Assembly: GCF_035084215.1 (NCBI RefSeq)
Contig: NC_090356.1
Location: 13,206,001 to 13,270,000, forward strand
DNA: 64,000 bases
Direction of reading: 5' to 3'
Origin: Heptranchias perlo
Taxonomy: Eukaryota
The first letter of the stretch is position 1. Each line of letters begins with the position of its first letter. A model generated the notes under the pieces. It worked only from the letters and a program-made list of their open reading frames with translations, was not told where the DNA came from and made no database searches. Below are positions 11,720-22,514 of this stretch, piece by piece. The translations under genes were made by a program, and so were the position numbers.

Positions 11720-12481
11720 CTCAGGAGGCGGGTCGGGCCTTAAAACCTTGCAAGGTGGCTTCAGGCCTTCATTTTCCTCGAATTCCCGATTTCAACCCCG
11801 AGAGTGCCAGGATTCCCGGTCCTTCTGTTTTACACTTCATGAAAGAAGGTGAGAAGGCCCGTGACTAACAGGTAAGTGCCAAGAAAGGCACAGCTTGTGG
11901 GCTCGGAGGAGCAGGAGTGCTACCCCCAGGCCCAACTAGCGTACCTGCATTGACCCCCTCCCCCCCCGATCATGGACACCCGACCCCCGATCGCGGTCAC
12001 CTGACCCCCGATCGCAGACCTCCTGCCTCCTCCCCTAATGATCCCCCACTCTGATCCTCCCATCTCCAACCCCCAATCCTCCCCCCCCCCCACTCTGATC
12101 CTCTGACCTCTGATCCTCCTCCTCAATGATCGCAGACTCCTACAATTACCCCCGATCCCACCCCCCATGACTCAAGACCCCCATGCCAACCCATGCCCAT
12201 CTGTGCCAACCTATGCCAACCCATGCCCACCCATGCTCCAGTGCCCGCCCATGCCCCCCCCTCCACATCCATACAAACAAGGAATTACCTGCAGACTTAC
12301 CTGAAGACGTCCTCTCCCCGGCTGGTCTCCCGTCAGACTGAGACCAACCTGTCAATCAGGCCGGTCAGTCGGACGGGAAACCGAAAAAAAAAGAGGTCCT
12401 TACGTTAAAATCATACTAATGGGTTTCCCGACTTCAATTTGACCCCCCACCCCCTTCTTGGCTCGGTTTTAAAATTGAGCC
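11720..12481 (+). mobile_element. MITE-like element related to the previous family, with an internal C-rich/CCATGCC repeat
   Basis: Shares aggtaagtgc...gcttgtgggc..ggaggagcaggagtg...ccaggcccaac, a C-rich core and an aaaattgagcc end. Confidence 0.6.
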
Positions 12482-13289
12482 TCACCAGTCCAAACCTACA
12501 CTCTGGCTGGGAGCTAGTGACTTGTGAACAGCTGAATGCCATGTCATTTCTTCTTGATGCAAGCTTTTTCCCTAAATTTCCCCCTATATTGATACACAAG
12601 TTGTTTACATCTCAGGAAGAGTACTTTTCCTGACTCAAGCAATTTAGACTTCTGCTTATTCAGAGGAGCGCTTTCACATTTGTGTGTTATTTCCCAATTC
12701 CATGGTCATTTATAAGATCAAACATTACCTCATGCATGATCAGCATGTGGTCAGAACTTTTTGTACCTTTCCATCCTATACATTATTTTCAACTCAATTT
12801 TTTTTACTGTGACGCATTGTTACACTTTTCATTTTTTATTGCATTCCTACACAAAATGTGCACCCAATTCCAATAATTTCAACAAATGATCAATACACAA
12901 CATGACGATGAAAACATAATCATGTATGTAACTGGCCACTGTCCAGGAAGCAACCATAATGCCTTCATTGTGCGGTAGTCCACAGTATTCACATTGTTTG
13001 AAAGAGAAGAAATGTTGGAAGGATGACTCTCCGGGTTATCCGCTACAAAATTGACTGCTGACCCCACTGAGAAACCACCTAACCAGCAGCAGAGCACCTT
13101 GGCCTGGACACCTCAGCGTCTGTTTGAATTTTCTCAGCTGCCACCTTCACTTTAGAGAAAAGTATGCTTTGCAGCTTAGGCACAATGAAAGAGTCTGCAA
13201 AAAAGTGACGGTGATACACAGTGCTTGAAATAGTACCTCCGAGATGGTGCATTAGTTTCTATCGTGCTTTATGGGACACACATAAGTGA

Positions 13290-13530
13290 GGAGAAATCTA
13301 ATGTTCGTCTTGCTCCTGATACCAAAACAATTCTTCCTCATTTGCAGCCAGGTATGAGAGCTAGGTGACTGCATTGACTTAATTGCTATCTCCCTCCATT
13401 CAGCTGGTACCTTTATTGGAGGGTGGCCTTCAGCTTCACATAGGACCACCCACTTTTGGTGCACATCCTGCAGCAAGACCTCCAATTCTTCAGCATCAAA
13501 GAGAGGAGTGTTGCTCATATCTCTCCACAA
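13290..13530 (-). pseudogene. Decayed Harbinger Myb/SANT-like domain fragment
   Basis: PLFDAEELEVLLQDVHQKWVVL...AEWREIA...HTWLQMRK, the same F..E.LL..V / W..IA / TW.Q.RK pattern as the ORF at 6095. Confidence 0.6.
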
Positions 13531-13855
13531 CCTGTTTGCTGCATTGTGATGTAGATGATTACAAAATCGAGGCTTATTTGTTACCTTGATCTCAGAGAAC
13601 AGGTAATGTACCGGTGAGAGTTAAGCATTGTACGGCTATCTTATCTGCTGATTTAAATTGCTTTTGTGTATACTTTCTCATAAGATGAAACTTTTTTCAA
13701 AAATTTGTGCCTCTCAATCAGACTGAAATATTTGTTCTTTTTTCAATCTGTATCCAGTACCAGGGAGGTGGAGTGCAATACAAAAACTTTTCTAATTACA
13801 TTTTTGTTTTAGAGTTTGAGCTAACGCCTGGATTTCGAACACACGTGCATGAAAG

Positions 13856-13870
13856 ATGGGACACTCTGAA
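13856..13870 (+). CDS. TNFRSF-like coding exon 1 (MGHSE); the exon probably starts at 13813
   Basis: Acceptor tttttgttttAG at 13811-13812, then ATG GGA CAC TCT GAA and a GTGAGT donor. Phase 0 matches the next exon. Confidence 0.6.
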
Positions 13871-16800
13871 GTGAGTTATTTGATGCAGTGAACTTTGACA
13901 ATTTCTTTAATTATTTTCCTGACTGTATTGCAGCAGAATTATTCTTTGAACCAGTCTAAGTTATCATTAAAAACAAATATTTTATTAAATATAAAGCTTT
14001 TGGTCAAAAATATTTAATAGCATCAAAATTAAAACACTTAACAGTTTTTCTGAGAAGCTGAAGGGTCCACTTGGTCCTGCTGGCATAGCTCCGTGATGTT
14101 TCTTCCCCATTCCCTTCAAGATACTCAACTGATTTCAAAAGAGAGTCTATGCACACAAAGGGTTAACATCTTGTTAAAAGGAAATATCTGTTTTGTATTT
14201 TTCAATACCAGACTTCCTTCTTCAAATGCACATGACATGTGAATGACTCATTCTTCACCAAAAAAGAGGATGTGGTGATCTTGCACCAAATTACAGCACA
14301 TTTACATTACAGTACAGCTAACACCATAAACCTGAATTCAGCAGCAGTACTAGCCTAACGACTCTGAAGGAATGGAGGCTCTCTACATTTTTTTGGCCGT
14401 GGGCAGGTTGAACACTCAGCTCATGCATAAAAGCCCGTAAAAAGATTTTCTGCTTGCTGGCCTATATGAACTTTTCTCATGCAATGGGGGAAGTTTGCAA
14501 CCAGAAATTAAAGTTACAGTTGCTGCTTTCTGACAACTGCTCATCTGCAAGCTTGCATATGCAATGGCAAGCGTTAATAGCAACATGGATGTAGTAGATA
14601 TTTCCCTTTAGGTCTTTTGAACTCCAACATGTTAAACCTTTGCCTATTGGTAGCACTCTAGAATGAGTTAGAAGATTGTGGGTTCAAGCCTCACTCCAGA
14701 GACTTCAGCACATAATCTAGGCTGGCATTTCAGTACAGTACTGAGGGAATGTCTTTCGGATGTGACGTTAAACTGAGGCCTGATGTGCCCTCTCAGGTGG
14801 ACGTAAAAGATCCCATGGCACTATTCAAGGAAGAGCAGGAGAATTCTCCCCATCGTTCTTATCCATAATTATCCCCCAATCAACATCACTAAAACAGATT
14901 ATCTGGTCATTATCTCATTGCTGTTTGTGGGACCTTACTGTGTGCAAATTGGCTGCCACGTTTTCTGCATTACATCAGTGACTACACTTCAAATGCACTT
15001 CATTGGCTGTAAAGTGCTTTGGGACGTTCTGAGGTCATGAAAGGTGTTATATAAATGCAAGTCTTTCTTTTAAGGAGCAAGCTTCAGGCTACAGAATATA
15101 GGTTGTGACCAATTGTTATTTTATTGATGGAAATATAGTGGAGATCAACAAAATCTTTTGAATGGAAATGAATGAATCTGGGGAAATGTCAAAGCAAACT
15201 CTACTAGGTCAGCCCACAAAGATGGTTCCCCCCCATAGCTGCCACATGAAAATTTGCCATCATACATCAGCACCTTGTATACAATAAGATCCTTCTCCGG
15301 TTATATGAAGCATGGCTTCCTTCTCCTATTCTTCAACCAGCCCATTTTTAAAATTGTGTTATGTTAAGTTATTGTGCAGTAACAAAGGGATCAAAGACTT
15401 TAGGGGTAATTTTAACTCCCAAGAACGGGTGGGTTGGAGGCAGATGGGCAGTAAAAAGTTTGATTTTAAAGCGGAACTGCATCCCGGCTCCACGTGCCCA
15501 CTTCCGGGTTTAACCCAGGCATGTTAGCATGTGCACGCGCAGCAGAAACCCGGAAGTCCCCTCCCTACTAAAGCTGACGGGCCGATATTTAAAGGGGCAA
15601 TGTACCTCATAGCGATAGTTGAGGCATTTAATTTTTTGTGTATTAGAAATGTCAACCAAATTTAACCTACCTGTTTGGGTTTCCCATCGCTTCTGATTCA
15701 CGTCGGGGAAAGCAGGCGAGACGGGCCGGATCCATGAGGTGAGTGCCTTTATTGCACTGCTTGTGGGCCAGGATGAGTAGGAGGGCTTCATCCACGCCCA
15801 ACAAGCTCACCTGGTGTGATCGGACCTCAGCGATCAGCCGACAACCCCCCCACCCCACCCCTGATCTCTTCCACAGCCCACGATCTCTTCCCCCCTCCCT
15901 CCCCCCTCTCCAATATTCGCAGCTCCTTCCCTTCCGACAGCCTGTCAATATGGCTGCGCGGCGTGTGGGACACCCGTAGCACAAATACCCACTTTCATTC
16001 GAGTTGCGATCACAGATTGAGATGCACTCACTTGACTTCTGAGTTCCTCACGCTAAGATCTACACACGTGCTAGGTTCCCGGCTCCAAGCTAAAATCATG
16101 CCCCTCACGTCTGAATTGTTAAGTTAATGAACACAATTATTGGAGCCTTTTTCTGAATTATCATCTTAATTTACCATTGGACATAAATATCACATGGAAT
16201 TGTAAACAATACTGTACTTATTGCTAAGCAGTAAATATTTACTATTGGCGCCTGTTTATTACCAAAAGCGTGCTACTATGTCCCATATCGGATTCGCCTC
16301 TTATGTTTATGGGAATGCCACTGTTCGCTTCCCCACCTCCACGTAGGACAGTGAAGAGAGTATTTATTAAGTGAGTCTTATTTCCATTTAGATTTGTTGC
16401 ATCCTCTTATTGATCTTTAACTTGCAACTGGTGACCAGTTGTGGCTCAGAAGAATATAATTTTCAGGAATTGTGCTGTCCCATGTGCCATTCAGGTGAGT
16501 GACAACAACCTTTTTGAATGAATGTTGCCACACAAACTTCTGTAAGTTTTCAGCTGTTTTAAGAAGTGGTAATATTATGGTTTTGCTAATATAAGAATTA
16601 ATATAAGAATTACATCATATATTATGTTTTTTTCCCTTTTAAAAACTTTCATATGTGATATTTAAGATGTGTAATTTGGAAAGTTTAAGCAAAACTTAAA
16701 GAAGTAGTATATCAGCACTGTGCAAGCACCTTCTTGTGCCAAGACTTGTCCCAACATCTTCAATAAAAGTCATCTTCAGATTTTGGGTAGATTCTGAGGA

Positions 16801-19800
16801 ATGCTACACAGTGGTCTTGATCAGTTTTACAGCTGGAGATACCAGTACAATATATATTGTATATACGCCTGGATATAAAGAAAAAGGGAAAAGACTTGCA
16901 TAACTTTGGTTTCCTGGCTAATTTCACACAAATATTGTCTCAGTTTCCATCAACAACTAGAACCACTCATAATGGAAAAGATTTCAAACCCAGTGCTGCA
17001 CACAGACCTGGTCATGAAGTTCAAATTCTAACCTATTATTATCAATATGAAACATAACATCTGTAATCTGCTACAAATTTTAATTAAAACCTTGGTGATA
17101 CTGCAGAAGTGTCATCATATCCTGGGAATATGTAATGCATCTGATAAGGACAGAAATTCTAATCTCTAATGTTAGAATATTAACCATACATTATATAATA
17201 GAGATTAGGACAGACAATGGAGTGAGATGAAAACAGTAATCTAATCTCAGAGTTCAGATGTCATTTAAAAACTAATTTTGTTGCAGCATTCTGGTTGACA
17301 CAGCTACCTTGTTTTTCCTGAGTATCTGTTCTTCTTATGAAGATGATTACATTTTCTGTTGTAAGCTGTATTTGCATGGTTTTCTTTGATTTTCTACAGT
17401 GAAACTAGAAGAATCTAACATGGCAATTCTGTGACTCCAGCTTTACCTTTTGCAAGTAATGCTCTAGCTTTTTAATTTTTCTTTTTATTGCAGGTACTCG
17501 TGTTTTGAAACACTGTACATCAGCATCATCTACCACATGTGTTCCCTGTGCTCGTGGAACTTTCACAGACCACCCAAATGGTTTCGAAAAATGCTTGAAG
17601 TGTAAATATTGTGATCCTGGTAAACATTTAGTAACAATTCTTTTAACATGTTTTCATAATCTAAACTTTTCCCATGAAGGTTTATCCAATTGCCTTTAGG
17701 AATACACAGAACTGAGCAAAATGGACTAATTTCTAAATTTCTTTAAAGAATTAGTTGTATTCCTCTGCTACTTTGTACGTTTTAGAAAATTTGAACAATC
17801 AAATAAGTTGATTTTTGACCAAGGTATTTTATAAACGGTATTGTGGTTCGAAGGGTCTGTGTCAGAAACTTAGCTGAGTGTCTGACACAAACAGAAACCC
17901 ATGGCTACTGTTGAATTTAGTCACTTCCCACAATATGGCTACAGTAGCATGAAATTGAAATATCTGGTTATTCGTATTCAGTTGCGTAAATGTGATATAG
18001 AACCAGTAATTAGTCTTAAGATTTGGTGGAATAATTAACAGCTGTGAAGGGGAAGAGCGTATTTGTTTAAGGTTATGTAAAATTAAGTTTCCAACGCTAA
18101 CCCAGTAACAAAAAGAAACCTGGTTTTTATCATACCGCTTGTTTTGCTAAGTTGTATTGAGTATGAAATTCTATGAAATAAAAGAGTAGCTTTTATTGTT
18201 TCATGTTTTGCTTGCATCCTACAACCCTTAAGACCAAGGTTGATGTGGGTGACAACAAATTTAATTTATTTGAACCTTAATGATTTTTTTAAAATTGTAG
18301 AGCTGGGACTTGAAACTCTGAAAGAATGCAATGACACTCAGAATGCATCGTGTGACTGCAAAGATGGGTATTTCTGCTTAGCGAGAACAAAAGATGGATG
18401 TCACATGTGCACAAAATTTATCCCACATATTTTCAACGAAAATACAAAAGCCAAAGGTATGACATTAGATTGATAATTGTTTCGTGGTGGATCATGCAAT
18501 ATTGCAGGTCAGACATACATTGATTGAATATGTATATGTGGCCACAAACTATGGAGTTAGTAACAATTGGTTATGGTGCGTTTTCGGATCCATAACCGAA
18601 AGCAGGCACGGAACACACGCTCCAACTGGGAAGCCTGAGGCTGGCCCGAAAATGGGCCTTAGGCCTCATTTCAATAAATTAAGTGAGCTGCCAGAACCTG
18701 TCATGCCTCCATAGGCAGGTTGCCTAGTTCAGGCTTGCTAGCACTGTCGACGACACCTTCCACCACTTTGCTGATGATTGAGAGTAAACTGATGGGGTGG
18801 TAATTGGCTGGATTGGATTTGTCCTGCTTTTTGTGGACAGGACATACCTGGGCAATTTGCCACATTGTCAGGTAGATGCCAGTGTTGTAGCTGTACTGGA
18901 ACAGCTTAGCTAGAGGCATGGCTAGTTTTGGAGCACAAGCCTTCAGCATTACAGCCAGGATGTTGTCGGGGCCCATAGCCTTTGCTGTATCCAGTGCACT
19001 CTTGATATCACATGGAGTGAATCGCATTGGTTGAAGACTGGCTTCTGTGATGGTGGGAATCTTGGGAGGAGGCCGAGATGGATCATCTACTCTGCACTTC
19101 TGGCTGAAGATGGTTGCAAACGCTTCAGCTTTGTCTTATGCACTCACATGCTGGGCTCTGCCATCATTGAGGATGGGGATGTTCATGGAGCCTCCTCTTC
19201 CCATTAGTTGCTTAATTGTCCACCACCATTCATGACTGGATGTGACAAGACTGCAGAGCTTTGATCTGATCCGTTGGTTGTGGGATCACTTAGCTCTGTC
19301 TATAGCATGCTGCTTCTGCTGTTCAGCACCCATGTAATCCTGTGTTGTAGCTTCACCGGGTTGGCATCTCATTTTTAGGTATGCCTGGTGCTGCTTCTGG
19401 CATGCTCTTCTACACTCCTCATTGAACCAGGGTTGATCCCCTGGCTTGTTGGTAATGGTAGAGTGAGGGATATGCCAGGCCATGAGGTTACAGATTATGG
19501 TGGAATACAATTCTGCTGCTGCTGATGGCCCACAGCGCCTCATGGATGCCCAGTTTTGAGCTGCTAGATCTGTTCTGAATCTATCCCATTTAGCATGGAG
19601 GTAGTGCCACACAACACAATGAACGGTGTCCTCAAATTGAAGACGGGACTTCGTCTCCACAAGGACCGTGTGGTGGTCACTCCTACCAATACTATCATGA
19701 ACATGTGCATTTGCGACAGGTAGATTGGTGAGGACGAGGTCAAATAGGTTTTTCCCTAATGTTGGTTCTCTCACCACCTACCGCAGGCCCAGTTTGGCAG

Positions 19801-21350
19801 CTATGACCTTCAGGACTCAGCCAGCTCGGTCAGTAGTGGTGCTACCAAGCCACTCTTGGTGATGGACATTGAAGTCCCCCACCCAGAGTACATTCTGTGC
19901 CCTTGCTACCCTCAGTGCTTCCTCCAAGTGGTGCTCAACATGGAGGAGTACTGATTCATCAGCTGAGGGAGGGCGGTAGATGGTAATCAGCAGGACGTTT
20001 CCTTGTTCATGTTTGACCTGGTGCCATGAGACTTCATGGGGTCCGGAGTCAATGTTGAGGACTCCCACTCCCTGGATAGTTACATAATTTGTATTATGTA
20101 ACAATCCTCCACTCATTGCATTTTGCTGGAGAAATAATCCTGTTGTACTGGGTTTTTATAGAATCATAGAAGTTTACAACATGGAAACAGGCCCTTCGGC
20201 CCAACATGTCCATGTCGCCCAGTTTATACCACTAAGCTAGTCCCAATTGCCTGCACTTGGCCCATATCCCTCTATACCCATCTTACCCATGTAACTGTCC
20301 AAATGCTTTATAGAAGAGACTCTGGTGTAGTAATAGACTGGTGAGTAAATAGACTCTGTTTGCTGTAGTTTATGAGTAAATGAAAATCACAAGTCCTGCC
20401 CCTCCACCTCGTTAGCTGATAAAGTGGTGTCAATATTCACATTGTAAGAAAAAATTAATAATGTTGTCTTCACAATGCTCTGATAATTCCAGAACTTTCA
20501 TTAATGTTTGTACGATTAATGTTGGTAATAATAGCACCATTATTTTAGCCCATATTACTCTGGTCACAGTTATTTTTTTATAATTCATATAGGTAATCAT
20601 AGGCAACATGAAGTGAGACCAACATCAGAGTCTGGAATAACTCACGGCGACACCATCATTAAGTTTATGGGTCAGGATGAAGCACAGAATCCATCACCAC
20701 TTGGGAACAAAACCCAAAGGAGAAAAACTATTTCTAAACCAGAAATATCAGACACATTCTCAAAGGGGGAGTCAGCTTCAGAAACAATTCCAGGGAAACT
20801 CAAGTTTGGGCACAGACAGGACCCTGTAACAATAACAAAAACACTAACGGCACTGATGCAAGAAATTGATCAGGCATTTCCAAAAGAATCTTTAAAGCTG
20901 CAGGAGGCAGGGAACACAGCCACTACAAAATTACAAAATACTGTGCAGACCAACTTGACAAACATTCAAAGTGTTTTGCAAACTGGGCTAGCAGATATTC
21001 GAATTACTATTCAGACTGGCATGGCAGGTCTGCAAAGTGCTATGAAAACTGGCATGACAGACATTAAGAATGCACTGCAGATTGGAATGACAGGCATTCA
21101 AGAAGCTATAAAGTCTGGAATTGCTGATATCAAAGGTATCACTCAGGTTGACAATACTCTGAAACAACAACAGGCAAATTCACAGTCTAACATGATACAA
21201 ATGACCAAGCAGATTGGTTCACTGGTCACCCTATTGACAAAACTTGCCTCGAACCAGACAGTCTCCTTCATTCAACTTAAAGATATTACTTGTAAGCCTT
21301 CTATTAAAACAGAGGTGGTGCAACTGCAAGGAACGGAAAAGCAACCTTAA
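13856..21350 (+). CDS. TNFRSF14 (HVEM)-like TNF receptor superfamily gene, 5 coding exons: join(13856..13870,16392..16494,17494..17619,18301..18456,20593..21350), 385 aa, apparently lacking a transmembrane domain
   Basis: All introns are GT-AG with compatible phases (0,1,1,1). Total 1158 nt = 385 aa + stop. Protein: MGHSE|ICCILLLIFNLQLVTS (signal peptide) CGSEEYNFQELCCPMCHS|GTRVLKHCTSASSTTCVPCARGTFTDHPNGFEKCLKCKYCDP|ELGLETLKECNDTQNASCDCKDGYFCLARTKDGCHMC..., which has TNFR cysteine-rich-domain spacing. Exact orthology is not resolved. Confidence 0.8.
14645..15070 (+). mobile_element. DeuSINE-like (SacSINE1/AmnSINE1-related) SINE
   Basis: tRNA-like head (tggtagcact...gggttcaag), central gatgtgacgttaaactgagg...aaagatcccatggcacta, tail ...aaggtgttatataaatgcaagtctttc. 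Related copies at about 31140-31430 (+), 50170-50370 (-) and 61640-61690 (+). The family name comes from recall. Confidence 0.75.
15403..16104 (+). mobile_element. MITE-like element in TNFRSF-like intron 1
   Basis: GGGGTAATTTTA ... TAAAATCATGCCCC imperfect TIRs; colinear with 4499-5313. Confidence 0.75.
16392..16494 (+). CDS. TNFRSF-like exon 2: signal peptide and start of CRD1
   Basis: tttccatttAG acceptor; encodes ICCILLLIFNLQLVTSCGSEEYNFQELCCPMCHS; G|GTGAGT donor. CCxxC is typical of TNFR CRD1. Confidence 0.85.
17494..17619 (+). CDS. TNFRSF-like exon 3: CRD1/CRD2
   Basis: Long polypyrimidine tract + cAG; 126 nt encoding GTRVLKHCT...TTCVPCARGTFTDHPNGFEKCLKCKYCDP; GTAAAC donor. Confidence 0.9.
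18301..18456 (+). CDS. TNFRSF-like exon 4: CRD2/CRD3
   Basis: ttgtAG acceptor; 156 nt encoding ELGLETLKECNDTQNASCDCKDGYFC...GCHMCTKFIPHIFNENTKAK; G|GTATGA donor. Confidence 0.9.
18735..20070 (-). mobile_element. LINE ORF2 internal fragment (APE endonuclease to RT N-terminus) in the last intron of the TNFRSF-like gene
   Basis: YRPPSADESVLLHVEHHLEEALRVARAQNVLWVGDFNVHH; PVHKKQDKSNPANYHPISLLSIISKVVE. Same family as 57340-60245; contains stops and frameshifts. Confidence 0.92.
20593..21350 (+). CDS. TNFRSF-like terminal exon: polar linker plus 11-residue-repeat amphipathic helical domain
   Basis: Acceptor ...tttttttataattcatatAG at 20591-20592 puts the phase-1 junction (G+GT) in frame with the 245-aa ORF 20613..21350. 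Several AATAAA follow (21484, 21642, 21684, 21781). Confidence 0.72.
20943..21140 (+). repeat. Coding tandem repeat, 6 x 33 nt (11 aa)
   Basis: VQTNLTNIQSV / LQTGLADIRIT / IQTGMAGLQSA / MKTGMTDIKNA / LQIGMTGIQEA / IKSGIADIKGI. The DNA units align at a 33-nt period (e.g. attcagactggcatggcagg, atgaaaactggcatgacaga, ctgcagattggaatgacagg). Confidence 0.9.
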
Positions 21351-21483
21351 GTTACACTGAGGCCCATGAGACAGACCTTGGGTAGGTTTCCAGCTCTGGT
21401 TCCTCAGCTCCACACAAAGGAGCATCCATTAAGGATACATAGCCTGGAAGGTGAAGCACACACCCAACAAATATCAAAAAGTT

Positions 21484-21489
21484 AATAAA
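21484..21489 (+). terminator. First candidate polyadenylation signal of the TNFRSF-like gene
   Basis: AATAAA about 130 nt after the stop codon, followed by U-rich sequence; more hexamers at 21642, 21684, 21781. Confidence 0.5.
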
Positions 21490-22514
21490 TACATTTATTT
21501 TTCTGGACGGCACTTTCCCCTTTTAGTTTCTTCCTATAACTTAACATAATTCATCTTGGCTTTTGCATTTTTCTCAATTCTTTTCAATAATGCTGGGCTC
21601 CAAGACTTTCTTTTGACAGAGTTTACTTTGACAGATGTTGTAATAAATGAAATGCTGTTTAAATTGAATATTGCATGAATGTCAATAAACCTATCACACA
21701 ACATTTCACGGAATTCTGTAAGGAGTGCATGTCTTCAAAGAGTTGCTTAGATGGCTTGGCCTAAGAATGTGCATTGTTATAATAAACCGTGTTTGGCATT
21801 ATGTAACAAAAAACTTGCCTACAGTCTACTATGTGGTGCATTGTGCGAGGAAAGTACCTGACAGCGTGTGCTCATATTAATAAACTGCTTTATTCCATCA
21901 GATGTTTGGTGCACTCCATTCCAAGTTGGGGAAAGAGTCATATTGAATGCAAAAGCTAAATGTTCAGCATAAACCTACCTGACAGCTGCTATTACATATG
22001 GGACACTTTTTATTGTAATTGTGGGTTTTCATGCAAGCACTTTCTGTTCTCTACACATGGAGATAATCAGCAAAAGACGCCAGGAAAAAGCTTACATTTG
22101 TTGAGTTGTGATACTTTTCCCCTCCATTTTTCTACCCTAAAGGCACTGGGGGTATTGTTTGCTCCTGGCATGAGATCAAAGTGTTTCATGAACACAGAAT
22201 TGCTCCTCTGCCACTCCTTCCCCTCTGCATTCCCTAGTGGGGAATAGTGCCAACTGGGGAAAGGGATTGGGTGGGTGGGGGGGGGGGCACGATTCTGGAG
22301 AAAGGGAGTATGGCTGAAGGAGGTGAATCGGAGAGATCAGAACCAGAAAGTGGCTGAAGAAAGGGGAAGGGCAAAGATTTGTTGCTGCAGCCAATATACG
22401 CACTCAAATAAACACAGAGGGAGACCTTAGATCACACAGACTAGTGCAAAAGAGCTCGACGTGGCAAGGAAGGTCCTTACAGTAGGGACCTGGTAAGATG
22501 AGGCAACTTTTCAA

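Noticed and set aside
20613-21350. 245-aa ORF as a stand-alone single-exon gene
   Set aside because: It starts at GTG, the frame extends back to a splice acceptor at 20592, and its phase fits TNFR exon 4, so it is better read as a terminal exon.
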